Below are positions 44,536 to 54,674 of a DNA stretch of 64,000 bases, piece by piece. How positions within the stretch are numbered: position 1 is the stretch's first letter; every line of letters begins with the position of its first letter. Origin of the DNA: Thermodesulfobacteriota bacterium (GTDB lineage: Bacteria > Desulfobacterota_D > UBA1144 > Nemesobacterales > Mycalebacteriaceae). The position numbers and the translations under genes were made by a program. The DNA lies in NCBI GenBank assembly GCA_965226585.1, contig OZ245366.1, positions 487,423 to 551,422 of the forward strand, given 5' to 3'. Under the pieces are notes generated by a model, which searched no databases, had not been told where the DNA came from, and saw nothing but the letters and a program-made list of their open reading frames with translations.

Positions 44536-45471
44536 TTAGATTCTGAGGTCTATCAGGGAGTTGCTGAAACCTTCTTCTATGACGGACGAGATTATGCGCT
44601 CGGTTTCCAGAAAAGCCATCTCTTCAATCAGCGAGTTTTTCAGTTCGGGCGGAACAATCACTCCGCTGTCTTTTACGGCAATCACCCTCACGATGTGAAA
44701 ACCCGCGCCTGACTTCACGGGCCCGTTCACGTCTCCCGGCTCCGCGCCGTCCACGGCTTCCTGCAGAGGTTTGATAAGTTCGTCGTATTTGAAGTATCCG
44801 AGGTCTCCCCCTCTGGCGGCGGTTCGCTCGTCAATTGAATGTTCTGCGGCGAGTTCCGGAAAGTTCGCCCCTTCTTTTTTTGCTTCAAGCGCGATTTTTT
44901 CCGCCGCCTCAAGAGAGTTCCGCTTTACGGACGGCAAAAGTATGTGGGCTATTCTCACTTGCGCGGATGAGTCCGCGTCCGGGTTTTTCTGTCTGTAATA
45001 CTCTTCAACCTTCTTGTCGTCTATGGAAAGCCCCGACCGCGACACTTCGTATTGCACAAGTTTTCTGGTCAGAATCTGCACGCTCATCTCCCTGAAAAAG
45101 CCGTCCATCGTGAGATTTTTTTCAGTAAGCGTTTTTACAAAACCCGCGTCATCAAGCCCCTGAGACTTTTTGAAATCCGCCGTGGCGGCTTGAAGTTCTT
45201 CGGGAGACGTTTTGATATTTCTTTTCGCGGCTTCCTGAAAGATAAGCGTTTCGCTTATGATGTTGTTCACAATATCGTCTTTTGACGCCTGAGGGGCGCG
45301 CTGTCTCACCCTGTCTGCCCTGCGGTTGTATTCGGAGAGCGTGACTATTGAGTTGTTGATAACTATGGCAATTCCGTCAACCTTCTCCTTTGCGCGCGCG
45401 TCCGCCGAAAGCGCGAGGACGAAGGCGAGAAAAACCGCAATGATGATTTTTGCTCTGGTCACGAAATTCAA
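44536..45471 (-). CDS. Periplasmic peptidyl-prolyl isomerase (SurA N-domain plus parvulin)
   Basis: It has a signal peptide, a SurA_N-like chaperone region and a parvulin PPIase domain (FHIVRV...). Confidence 0.7.
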   Translation of the reverse strand: MNFVTRAKIIIAVFLAFVLALSADARAKEKVDGIAIVINNSIVTLSEYNRRADRVRQRAPQASKDDIVNNIISETLIFQEAAKRNIKTSPEELQAATADFKKSQGLDDAGFVKTLTEKNLTMDGFFREMSVQILTRKLVQYEVSRSGLSIDDKKVEEYYRQKNPDADSSAQVRIAHILLPSVKRNSLEAAEKIALEAKKEGANFPELAAEHSIDERTAARGGDLGYFKYDELIKPLQEAVDGAEPGDVNGPVKSGAGFHIVRVIAVKDSGVIVPPELKNSLIEEMAFLETERIISSVIEEGFSNSLIDLRI

Positions 45472-45480
45472 TTCTACACC

Positions 45481-48400
45481 CTAAACGCTCTTTATAGAAG
45501 AGAGAAGCCGCGCCGCTCTGCCCGCCGCTTTTTCAGATATGCCTTTGCGGAACACCGTCCGCCACTGTCCGCCGCTTTCAGAGAATGTTGCCACAGTTTC
45601 CGCGCGGTCTTTTGATGTGTAAGCCCTCGCCCCGCCGCTTTTTATCTCCATAAATCCAACCGAGTGTTTTTTCAAAATGATTTTCAGGGCGGCGAGGGCG
45701 AGCAGATTTTTCAGCCGCGCGGGCGGGGGCCCGAACCTGTCCGTCATCTCTTTTTTCAGTTTGTTCACCTCCCCGATTGCGGATGATGACGATATTCTTC
45801 TGTAAAACACAAGTCTTTCCCCGTTGTTTGCCACATAGTCTCCCGGAATGCGGGCGTCTGTGTTTATTTTGATTTCCGTCTCAACCGTTTTTTCCGTCTT
45901 TCCGGTTTTCAGGCTTTCCACCGCCTCGCGAAGCATCTCCATATAGAACTCAACGCCCACGCCCGTTATATGCCCCGACTGCTCCACGCCGAAAAGGTTT
46001 CCAACCCCGCGCATCCGCAGGTCTGAAAACGCCAGTTCGTATCCGCTGCCGAAATCCCACAGTTCGGCAAAACGCCGGAGCCGCCGCCACGCCTCTTCCG
46101 GCGGGCTGGTTTTTTCAGGCACAAGCAGGCACGCGTACGCCTGTTCCGACCCGCGCCCGACTCTGCCCTTGAGCTGGTAAAGGTCTGCCACTCCGAACCT
46201 GTGCGAATCGTTCACGATTATCGTGTTTGCCCTTGTTATATCAAGCCCCGATTCCACTATCGCGGTTGTTACGAGCATATCAACCTCGCCGCGCGCGAAC
46301 CTTTCAATTCTGCTCTCAAGATCTTTTTTCCCCGTTCTGCCGTGCGTGATTTCAATTGACACTCCGGGCGATATTTCCTCAAGCCGTTTCGCTGTCTCGC
46401 CGATGTTTTCAATCCTGTTGTGTATGAAAAACACTCCGCCGCCCCTGTTCGTTTCCCTGCTGATAAGGTCGCGTATCAGATTTTTGTTCCACCGCTTTAT
46501 CTGTATTTTCACCGGAAGCCGTCCGCGCGGCGGCGTGCTGATGGGGCTGATGTCTCTCATTCCGGCGAGAGAAAGCTGGAGCGTTCTCGGTATGGGAGTT
46601 GCCGAAAGCGAAAGCACTTCAAGGTTTTCCTTCATCGTTTTCAGTTTTTCCTTGTGCCGCACACCGAATTTGTGCTCTTCGTCTATTATCAGCAGACCGA
46701 GATTTTTGAATCTGACCCCGCCGCCAAGCAGTTTGTGCGTTCCGATAACGATGTCCGCCGTGCCGCGCTCAATTTCCTCAAGTATCTTTTTGCTCTCGCT
46801 CTGAGTGTTGAACCTTGAGAATGCCACCGCGTTTACCGGGAATTTTTCAAGGCGTTTTTTTGCGGTTTTTATGTGCTGGCTCACAAGCAGGGTTGTGGGC
46901 GTTATAAAGGCGACCTGAAAACCGTCCATCGCCGCCTTGACCGCCGCGCGTAAAGCCACTTCGGTTTTTCCGAAACCCGTGTCGCCGCATATCAGCCTGT
47001 CCATAGGGCGCGGCGACTCCATGTCTCTCATAACGTCTTCTATCGCTTTTTTCTGTTCCGGAGTTTCCTCAAACATAAAACCCATCTCGAACTCCCTGAA
47101 CTCCGCGTCCGGAGGCGAAAACCTGTGTCCCGAAACTGATTTTCTGCTCGCGTACAGTTCAAGCAGTTCCCTTGCCATGGTTTCGGTCGCTTTCTTCGCC
47201 CCTTTGACGGTTTTCCGCCACGTTACGCCGCCCAGTTTGTCTATCTTCGGCTTGCTTTCATCGCCGCCCGAATATTTGTGAAGAAGGTTGAACTTTGACA
47301 CGGGAACATAAACGCTGTCTCCGCCCTGATATTCGCACTCTATAAAATCGCCCGCCGCCCCTCTAATCGACAGATTTTTCAGCCCCCTGAATATCGCAAT
47401 TCCAAACTCCCGGTGAACCACAAGGTCTCCGTCTTTCATCTCACCGAAAGCGGATTCAAAAGACGCGGGTGAAAGTTTGTCGTTTGCCGGGGTTTTTGCC
47501 GCGGGGATTTTCTCCGTAAAATCGCGCTCGTCTATAAACGCCGTTCCCATATCCGGAAAAACAAACCCTCCGCCCGCGGTTCCGGTGTGGAACTCCGCTC
47601 CGGAAACGCCTTCCGAAGCAAAAATCTCGCGCATCTTCTCCGCTTCGGCCGCGCCTGAGAGAAACAGTTTCAGTCCGTACCCCTCGCGCTTCAAAAGTTT
47701 TGCCGCGTTCAGTATTTTTCCCGCCGTTGTGGATGTTTCTCCGCCCCCCGGCGGCACGGGAGAAGTTTTAAAATCTATCTCCGCCGTGTTCAGGCTTCGC
47801 GCCAGAACTTTTTTCCGCCCGGCAATCTTTTGTTCCATTTCCTCCGCGCTGAAAAATCCGTCCGTATCTGACTCCGCGCCCGCCCTCGCGGCGTTGCCGA
47901 GAGATTCTCCGGGGCTTTCATCGTTTTTTTGCTCAACAAACACAATGCCGCCGCAGTAGTCAAAAACAGACGCCTCCGCCTCTCCGCCCCCCGTCCCGCT
48001 CAGACCGGCGGGAAGAATATGCGCCCCGACCGCCTGCTCCGTTGACATTTGGCTTTGAGGAGAAAAAAGTCTCATAGACCGTATTTTGCCGCCGGAAAAC
48101 TCAACCCTCAGGGGCGTTTCCCCTCCGGCTCCGGCTACGTCAACAATCGCGCCCCGCACAGACATTTCTCCCTCAAGCCGCGCGAACTCCCTGTCTTCGT
48201 AACCCATTTCCCGCAAGCGGGCGGCAAAAACATCTCTCTCAATTTTCTGCCCGGCTTTTACGCTCAGAGAGACGGATTCAAGAAGTGAAGGGTGAACAAT
48301 TTTCCGCGCGGCGTCTTCAAAGGTGGAGCAGACGATTTGAGCGTTTTTCGCCCGCGCGGCAAAAGAAGCGGTGTCCCGCCCCGCAACCGGCGGCTCTTCT

Positions 48401-48702
48401 CCCGTAAACGCCGCAATGGCTTGCACAGCCCGCGCGCAGTTTTCGCTTGAGTTTGCTATGTAGAGAAGGCGAGTTTTAAGGTGTTTTGATATAAGACAGG
48501 CGATAAGGAAAGATGAGCCGCCCGCAAGTCCGGACACTTCCACTTCGCCGTCTGCAGGCGCGTTCCGCAGGGTTTGCGCGAGCGTTCCAATCCTGTTTCC
48601 GGGGTCTGAGGCAAAGAGGGAAAGCCCTTCAACCGGGGAGTTTCTCGCGGGCGCTACCGTTTGAGAAGTTTGCCCGCCACTGTTTCTCCCATCTCGCGGC
48701 AT
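45481..48702 (-). CDS. mfd: Transcription-repair coupling factor Mfd
   Basis: It has UvrB-homology, CarD-like/RID, DEAD/DEAH-box helicase (FGKTEVALRAA, DEEH) and TRG motifs, at about 1070 aa. The start is ambiguous; the ORF as drawn overlaps the leuB 3' end by 49-64 nt. Confidence 0.9.
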   Translation of the reverse strand: MPRDGRNSGGQTSQTVAPARNSPVEGLSLFASDPGNRIGTLAQTLRNAPADGEVEVSGLAGGSSFLIACLISKHLKTRLLYIANSSENCARAVQAIAAFTGEEPPVAGRDTASFAARAKNAQIVCSTFEDAARKIVHPSLLESVSLSVKAGQKIERDVFAARLREMGYEDREFARLEGEMSVRGAIVDVAGAGGETPLRVEFSGGKIRSMRLFSPQSQMSTEQAVGAHILPAGLSGTGGGEAEASVFDYCGGIVFVEQKNDESPGESLGNAARAGAESDTDGFFSAEEMEQKIAGRKKVLARSLNTAEIDFKTSPVPPGGGETSTTAGKILNAAKLLKREGYGLKLFLSGAAEAEKMREIFASEGVSGAEFHTGTAGGGFVFPDMGTAFIDERDFTEKIPAAKTPANDKLSPASFESAFGEMKDGDLVVHREFGIAIFRGLKNLSIRGAAGDFIECEYQGGDSVYVPVSKFNLLHKYSGGDESKPKIDKLGGVTWRKTVKGAKKATETMARELLELYASRKSVSGHRFSPPDAEFREFEMGFMFEETPEQKKAIEDVMRDMESPRPMDRLICGDTGFGKTEVALRAAVKAAMDGFQVAFITPTTLLVSQHIKTAKKRLEKFPVNAVAFSRFNTQSESKKILEEIERGTADIVIGTHKLLGGGVRFKNLGLLIIDEEHKFGVRHKEKLKTMKENLEVLSLSATPIPRTLQLSLAGMRDISPISTPPRGRLPVKIQIKRWNKNLIRDLISRETNRGGGVFFIHNRIENIGETAKRLEEISPGVSIEITHGRTGKKDLESRIERFARGEVDMLVTTAIVESGLDITRANTIIVNDSHRFGVADLYQLKGRVGRGSEQAYACLLVPEKTSPPEEAWRRLRRFAELWDFGSGYELAFSDLRMRGVGNLFGVEQSGHITGVGVEFYMEMLREAVESLKTGKTEKTVETEIKINTDARIPGDYVANNGERLVFYRRISSSSAIGEVNKLKKEMTDRFGPPPARLKNLLALAALKIILKKHSVGFMEIKSGGARAYTSKDRAETVATFSESGGQWRTVFRKGISEKAAGRAARLLSSIKSV

Positions 48703-49733
48703 CCGACCTTCCTGCATCCTTCCTCGTATATGTCTGCGGTTCTCAAACCTTCATCCAGCGCGCTCCTCACGGCGAGGTCTATTTTTTCCGCCTCATCGTT
48801 CATTCCGAAAGAGTATTTCAGCATCATAGCGACAGACAGTATAGCCGCGACCGGGTTGGCGATGTCTTTGCCTGCTATGTCCGGCGCGCTTCCGTGAACC
48901 GGCTCGTATATCGCGCCGCCGTCTCCCATGCTTGCGGACGGAAGCATTCCAAGCGAGCCCGTGAGTTGCGCCGCCTCGTCGCTTATGATGTCGCCGAACA
49001 GGTTTCCCGCAAGGATTACGTCAAACGTTGCGGGTCTTCTGATTATCTGCATCGCCGCGTTGTCCACGTAAAGGTGGTCAAGTTTCACGTCCGGGAACTC
49101 TTCCCGCCCGACTTTTGAGACCGTTTCCCTCCACAGAACCATAGATTCCAGCACGTTTGATTTGTCAACCGAGGTGAGAATTCCCTTCCGTAACTGCGCG
49201 GCGGCAAACGCTTTTCTTGCCACGCGCTCTATTTCCGGTGTTGAGTATGAGAGCGTGTTGAAGCCCTTGCGCCCGCCGTCCGGAGAGTCTTCAATCCCTC
49301 TCGGCTCCCCGAAATATATGCCGCCCGTCAACTCGCGCACAACAAGTATGTCTGTGCCGGAGACCACCTCTTTTTTAAGCGATGACGCATCCGCAAGCGC
49401 GGGATAGACCTTCGCGGGACGCAGATTGGCGTAGGCGTCAAGCTTTTTTCTGAGCGTAAGCAGACCGGTTTCGGGCTTGATTGAGTGCTCAATATTTTCC
49501 CATTTTTCGCCGCCCACCGCTCCCAGAAGCACGGCGTCCGCTTTTTCCGCCATAGCGATAACCTCGTCCGTTACGGGAACTCCGTGTTTATCTATGGAAC
49601 AGCCGCCAAAAAGCGCGGTTGTTTTTTCAAAAGAAACGCCTGATGCTTTCTCCGTTTCTTCAAGCACCTTGAGAGCCGCAGAGGTTACTTCGGGACCTAT
49701 CCCGTCACCGGGGATGATTAGAATGTGAGGCAT
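48654..49733 (-). CDS. leuB: 3-isopropylmalate dehydrogenase (isocitrate/isopropylmalate dehydrogenase family)
   Basis: It has IIPGDGIGPEV and NLFGDIISDEAAQLTGSLG, at 359 aa. Substrate assignment within the family is by size and similarity only. Confidence 0.75.
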   Translation of the reverse strand: MPHILIIPGDGIGPEVTSAALKVLEETEKASGVSFEKTTALFGGCSIDKHGVPVTDEVIAMAEKADAVLLGAVGGEKWENIEHSIKPETGLLTLRKKLDAYANLRPAKVYPALADASSLKKEVVSGTDILVVRELTGGIYFGEPRGIEDSPDGGRKGFNTLSYSTPEIERVARKAFAAAQLRKGILTSVDKSNVLESMVLWRETVSKVGREEFPDVKLDHLYVDNAAMQIIRRPATFDVILAGNLFGDIISDEAAQLTGSLGMLPSASMGDGGAIYEPVHGSAPDIAGKDIANPVAAILSVAMMLKYSFGMNDEAEKIDLAVRSALDEGLRTADIYEEGCRKVGCREMGETVAGKLLKR

Positions 49734-49759
49734 TTAAGAGGGGAGTATATCACAGCGCC

Positions 49760-50497
49760 TTAATACTCAACCTTTTCCAAAAACAGCCCCTGCGGCGGAG
49801 CCGACACTACGTCAACCGTTTTTACGCCGGTTTTCATTATCTCCTCAAAACCCTTTGCGCTCAGTTTTCCCCTGCCCACCCGCACAAGCGTTCCGACAAT
49901 CAGCCTGACCATTCGTTTGAGAAAACCGTTTGCCTCAATTGAGAAAATAAGAAAATCACCGCTGTTTTTCAAGGTCGCGGAAAAAACCGTTCGCACCGTT
50001 GTCCGCACCTTTGAATCCGCGTGCGCGAATACGGCAAAGTCATGCTCTCCCACCACAAACCCGCAGGCGTCTCTCATCGCATCCGCGTCAAGAGGCTGGG
50101 GTATGAACCAGCAGGTTTTTCTCTCAAGCGCGGACGGGGAAGGGCGGTTCAGTATTTTATAGACATAAGTCTTTTTAATCAGGGAAGCCCGCGAGTGAAA
50201 ATCTGACGGCATTTCCTCCACGCGGCTTACCGAAATGTCTTCGGGCAGAAAAGAGTTAAGCGCCTTGCACAGGGTTTCCGTGTCCATCTCCGTTCCGGTG
50301 AGAAAATTCGCCGTCTGCGCTATGGCGTGAACCCCCGCGTCTGTTCTGCCTGAGCCGTGAATGGCGATTTTTTCGCCCGTGGTTTTGAGGATGGACTCCT
50401 CTATTTTTTCCTGAATTGTTACTTCCGATTTTGTCTGTCTCTGCCAGCCGTTGTATGCCGTGCCTTCATATTCCACTGTTAATTTGATATTTCTCAA
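49760..50497 (-). CDS. truA: tRNA pseudouridine(38-40) synthase TruA
   Basis: MRNIKLTVEYEGTAYNGWQRQ with a catalytic Asp in the GRTDAGVHA motif. Confidence 0.9.
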   Translation of the reverse strand: MRNIKLTVEYEGTAYNGWQRQTKSEVTIQEKIEESILKTTGEKIAIHGSGRTDAGVHAIAQTANFLTGTEMDTETLCKALNSFLPEDISVSRVEEMPSDFHSRASLIKKTYVYKILNRPSPSALERKTCWFIPQPLDADAMRDACGFVVGEHDFAVFAHADSKVRTTVRTVFSATLKNSGDFLIFSIEANGFLKRMVRLIVGTLVRVGRGKLSAKGFEEIMKTGVKTVDVVSAPPQGLFLEKVEY

Positions 50498-53439
50498 ATC
50501 TTTTTTCTTACATAGAAAGTGCGCACGGTTTCAAGGTCGCTTGTGTCTTTCGCGGTTATTTTCATCTCGTTTATTCCGTCTTCAAGCGGAACGGTGAAAC
50601 TGAAACTGCGCTCTTTTTCCCTGGAATTAATTATGTGTATTTTGTCGTCATTGTTAAAAAACGAAATGTTGACCACCATCTCCATGTCTTTTACCGTGCC
50701 GCTTATTTCTATCTCGTTTTTGTCCGTTACGGAAACGTGCTTGTCAATACTTATAACGGGTGAACCCTCAAACTCGTATTTCAGCCCCGGGCGCGGTCTT
50801 CTGCTTTCAAGAGGGGATGTGAGCGCGGTTTTTATCCAGCCCGCTCTTTTTCTGCCGGTTTTTATTTTCAGCCACTCCCCGGCATTCCCCCGGACGCGAT
50901 ATGAGCTTCCCGCCTTTGCCAGAAAAACCGGAACAGCCCCGTCAAATCCGCCGCCCAGAATTTCCGTGTCTTCGGGAATTTTTACCGACCCCCTTTTGCC
51001 GGAAAACTCCTCTCCTTTTTCTATGGGAACGGTTATGCCGTAAATTGCTGAAAAACCGGATTCAAAATCGTTTGCCATAAGTTCAAATTCCGCCTCTTCG
51101 GGAATTTTATCGCCTTCCCCTTTTTCAAAATGAAACCTCATTGCCACGTCTTCCTCTTCACCGGGTTTTATTTCCCCTATTTCTTCAATGGCTTTTTCAA
51201 GAAACAGTTTTTCACCCGATTTGTTTTTAAGGTAAAGCCCCAAATCCTCGCTGACTCCGAGCCCCGTGTTTTTTATTCTGAACAGAAGCGTGATTGTTTC
51301 ATCCGCCGATATCCGTCCGTCTCCGTTTCCTTTTGAGCCGAACCTTCCGTCATCAACTATTTCGTAGTTGTAACTGATTGCCGGCATATCCCTTTCCTCC
51401 ACCGCAACCGTGAATGTTTGTGAGAAAACCTCTTTTCCCGAAGAGTCAAAAAATCTTATCACGCACTCGTCATCGCGGGCGCGGGCGTTTTTCGGGATTT
51501 TCACCCCGGATTTCCATCCGGCATTTTCGCCCGGAGAGATTTTTCCGAAAATAAACTCCCTGCCGTCAAAAAGAAAGTTTTCAGAATCGGTAACCGCCGT
51601 GAGTTTATAAACGGGATCGCCGCCGAGATTTTCAACCTTGATTTGCAGTTCCGCTTCTTCGCCCGCTTTGAATACTCTGCTCTCCGGAGATATTGTTACC
51701 TTGAGGTCGGCTTTTTTTATTTCCCCTTCCGTCTTTTTGCCGTCATCAGACCAGTCCACTTTGAATTCTTCCAGTTTTTCTTTTATCCGTCCGTTTTCCT
51801 CTTCTCTTATGCTCTCAAGAACCCGCGAGGCGGTTTGAAGCATGTCGCTTCTGTCAACGCCCTTTGATTCCGTAATTATGCGCCGCGCCGCGAGTATAAG
51901 CGGGTCTTTTTCCCAATTCTTTCTTTTCTCTTTTTTATCCGGATTCCGGGGCAGGTCGTCATCGTCTTCATCGTATTCCCGCGTGAGGGATTCATTCAGA
52001 ATTTTGAACGCGTAGGACGGAGGCTCCGGTTCGCGGTGCATTTTGTCGTCAATATAATCCTTGCGGTATTGCTCAAGCCGGAACTCAAACTCAGGCGTTT
52101 TGTATATCGCCATATCTTCAGAAAAATCCACCTCTTCAATAAATATGTCGGGGGTTATTCCAACCTTGTGTATGGATATGTCTCCCGGTATCAGATATTT
52201 GGCTATCGTGAGTTTGAAGGCGGAGCCGTCTGAAAGTTCAACTATGTCTTGAATGGAGCCCTTGCCGAATGTTTTTGTTCCCATTGTGAGGGCTCTGTCA
52301 TTTTCTTTCAGGGCTCCCGTTACAATTTCAGACGCGCTTGCCGAGCCGGAGTTTACCAGCACAACCGTTTTTTCCCGCAATTCAAAACGGCTTCGTCCGG
52401 AGGCGGGATAGGGGTTTATTTCATCGCCCTTTTTCACGCTGAAAACAGTTCCGTATTTAAGAAAAAGGTCTGATATTTCCGCCGCCTGATTAAGAAGCCC
52501 GCCGGGGTTGTCTCTGAAATCAAGAATTATTCCCGTGAGTCTCTCTTTCTTTTTTCGTTTTATCAGGGCTTCAACCGCGCTTTCCGTAGTGTTTCTCTGA
52601 AAGTTTTTAATTTTGAGATAGAGAATGCCGTCTGAAAAAAGATGCTCTTCAACGCTCTCTATTTTTATCACGTCTCTGACTATCGTAAGCAGTTTGGGTT
52701 TTGTCAGGGAATCCCTGAGAATTCTTATGTTGACGGGCTTGCCCTTGGGACCCCTCAGTTTGCTGACCGCCTCTTCAATGGACATATTCACGGTGGATTC
52801 GTTTTCTATCTGAACTATTTTGTCGCCCGATTTCATGCCCGCCCTGTAAGCGGGAGTGTCTTCAATTGGAGACACGACTGTTATCCACCCTTTCCGGGAA
52901 CTGATTACAATTCCGAGCCCCGTAAAACTGCCCTCGGTTTCAACCTTAAACTCTTTGTATTCCCTCGGCGGAATTATGCGCGTGTGCCTGTCCACGGCGG
53001 AAAACATTCCGTTTACCATCGCGTACTCTATGTCTCCGCCGTTTTCTTCTCCGCTGTCCGCATTTTTATGGACAAAGGAAAACGCCTGAGATGATATTTT
53101 TTCAAGGTCGTTCCACGAGCGCGGGTCTCTGTATCTGAAACTCTTTTTGTTCTGTCCGACCACCAGTTCGAATTTGCGCCCATCTTCGGGCCAGTCAACA
53201 AGAACTTCGTCTATGTTGGTTTCCAGATTGTTCAGCCCTTTTTTGAGCATTTCGGGGAAATCCGCCTCGGATTTGTAAAAGAATCTCTGCCGCGCGATTT
53301 CAAAAACCCTTGCCATGATTTTCGGAGAGGTTTTTTCCTCCGCGCCCGCGCCGGAAACCAAAAGCATTGCCGCGCAAAGATGCGCGCAGGCAAGCGCGAA
53401 CACCGTCTGTTTTCTCAATCTTCTCAATACAAACCTCAT
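50494..53439 (-). CDS. S41-family carboxyl-terminal processing protease (PDZ plus S41) with a roughly 500-aa C-terminal extension
   Basis: It has a signal peptide, a PDZ (GLGIVISS...GDKIVQIE) and an S41 catalytic core (VLVNSGSASASEIVTGAL...TFGKGSIQ). The C-terminal half has repetitive beta-rich segments of unknown function. Confidence 0.85.
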   Translation of the reverse strand: MRFVLRRLRKQTVFALACAHLCAAMLLVSGAGAEEKTSPKIMARVFEIARQRFFYKSEADFPEMLKKGLNNLETNIDEVLVDWPEDGRKFELVVGQNKKSFRYRDPRSWNDLEKISSQAFSFVHKNADSGEENGGDIEYAMVNGMFSAVDRHTRIIPPREYKEFKVETEGSFTGLGIVISSRKGWITVVSPIEDTPAYRAGMKSGDKIVQIENESTVNMSIEEAVSKLRGPKGKPVNIRILRDSLTKPKLLTIVRDVIKIESVEEHLFSDGILYLKIKNFQRNTTESAVEALIKRKKKERLTGIILDFRDNPGGLLNQAAEISDLFLKYGTVFSVKKGDEINPYPASGRSRFELREKTVVLVNSGSASASEIVTGALKENDRALTMGTKTFGKGSIQDIVELSDGSAFKLTIAKYLIPGDISIHKVGITPDIFIEEVDFSEDMAIYKTPEFEFRLEQYRKDYIDDKMHREPEPPSYAFKILNESLTREYDEDDDDLPRNPDKKEKRKNWEKDPLILAARRIITESKGVDRSDMLQTASRVLESIREEENGRIKEKLEEFKVDWSDDGKKTEGEIKKADLKVTISPESRVFKAGEEAELQIKVENLGGDPVYKLTAVTDSENFLFDGREFIFGKISPGENAGWKSGVKIPKNARARDDECVIRFFDSSGKEVFSQTFTVAVEERDMPAISYNYEIVDDGRFGSKGNGDGRISADETITLLFRIKNTGLGVSEDLGLYLKNKSGEKLFLEKAIEEIGEIKPGEEEDVAMRFHFEKGEGDKIPEEAEFELMANDFESGFSAIYGITVPIEKGEEFSGKRGSVKIPEDTEILGGGFDGAVPVFLAKAGSSYRVRGNAGEWLKIKTGRKRAGWIKTALTSPLESRRPRPGLKYEFEGSPVISIDKHVSVTDKNEIEISGTVKDMEMVVNISFFNNDDKIHIINSREKERSFSFTVPLEDGINEMKITAKDTSDLETVRTFYVRKKI

Positions 53440-53495
53440 ACGGGGGAAGCCGTGTATAATATCACAATCTGTTTTTTTATAATAGAGTTTTCCGG

Positions 53496-54674
53496 ATGGA
53501 AGTTCTTGTTCACTACGGAGATTTGTCCCTCAAGGGAAGGAACCGGGGCGACTTTGTCAGCCGCCTCGCAAACAACATAAGACTTGCCACAGGCGGAAGA
53601 TGCGAAGAGCACAGAGAGCGCATCATTTTGCGCGGCGGAGACCCTTCAAAACTGAAAGACATTTTCGGAATATCGTGGTACGCGCCCTGCTTCACCTGCG
53701 GGAAAAAAATGGATGAGATAGTTCCGCTTTGCGTAAAAGAGACGGAAAACGAGATTGCCCGGCGCGGCGGGAAGGATAAAACATTTGCCGTCTTCGCAAA
53801 ACGCGCGGACAAAGACTTTCCCCTGAAATCGTCTGAAATAGAGGCGGAAGTTGGCGAGAAGATACGCCGGGGTTTCGGTCTGGAGGTCAACATAAAGTCT
53901 CCCGATTTACAGGTGCATATCAGAATAGACCGCGACACGGCGCGTCTGCATTTTGAGAGAAATCCCGGAGCCGGCGGTCTTCCGGTTGGCGTTTCCGCGC
54001 CGCTTCTCTGCCTGCTTTCGGGCGGAATAGACTCTCCGGTTGCATCATTTCTCGCCATGAAACGGGGCTGCGCGGTGGATTTTCTCCACTTCCACGTTTT
54101 TCCCGACTCAGTTCCCGTGCGCGGCACAAAGATTGCCGACATATCCGGTGAACTGGAACGCTATCAGCCGGAGTCAAAGATGTTTCTCGCGTCCTACAAG
54201 TATTTTCAGGCGGGCGCGCTTGCGTCTTTTCCGAAGTCGGAAATATTCAGGGGTTACGAACTTGTTCTTTTCAGAAGGTTTATGCTGAAAGTGGCGGAAG
54301 GGATTTTACAAAAGCGCGGATACGGCGGCGTTGTTACGGGAGACTGCATAGGGCAGGTGGCTTCGCAGACCGTTGAAAACATGGCTTGCGCCGCAGTCGG
54401 GCTTGACTGCCTCGTTATGAGTCCGCTTCTGGGTTTTGACAAGAACGAAATCGTGGAAACCGCCCGCCGTATCGGAACCTACGGACACAGCACACAGCCC
54501 TACAACGAATGCTGTTCAATAGTCTCGCCGTCTCCCCGGACGCGGTGCCGCGCTTCGGTTTTACGGCGGCTTGAGGAAGATGTTTCAATGAACGCTCTTG
54601 TCGCGTCAACCCTTGAAAATATTGAGGAGTTTGCTCCCGCATCGTTACAGGAGGAGAAAAGTGAAACGGGTTAG
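53496..54674 (+). CDS. thiI: tRNA 4-thiouridine synthase ThiI
   Basis: It has a THUMP region and a PP-loop (SGGIDSPVASFLAMKRG). Confidence 0.85.
   Translation: MEVLVHYGDLSLKGRNRGDFVSRLANNIRLATGGRCEEHRERIILRGGDPSKLKDIFGISWYAPCFTCGKKMDEIVPLCVKETENEIARRGGKDKTFAVFAKRADKDFPLKSSEIEAEVGEKIRRGFGLEVNIKSPDLQVHIRIDRDTARLHFERNPGAGGLPVGVSAPLLCLLSGGIDSPVASFLAMKRGCAVDFLHFHVFPDSVPVRGTKIADISGELERYQPESKMFLASYKYFQAGALASFPKSEIFRGYELVLFRRFMLKVAEGILQKRGYGGVVTGDCIGQVASQTVENMACAAVGLDCLVMSPLLGFDKNEIVETARRIGTYGHSTQPYNECCSIVSPSPRTRCRASVLRRLEEDVSMNALVASTLENIEEFAPASLQEEKSETG

Noticed and set aside
46223-47959. Several 100-190-aa plus-strand ORFs (for example 46223-46804, 46420-46818, 47477-47959) inside mfd
   Set aside because: They are antisense to a well-supported 1070-aa Mfd gene. 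Ser/Pro/Arg-rich translations like these are typical of GC-rich antisense frames.
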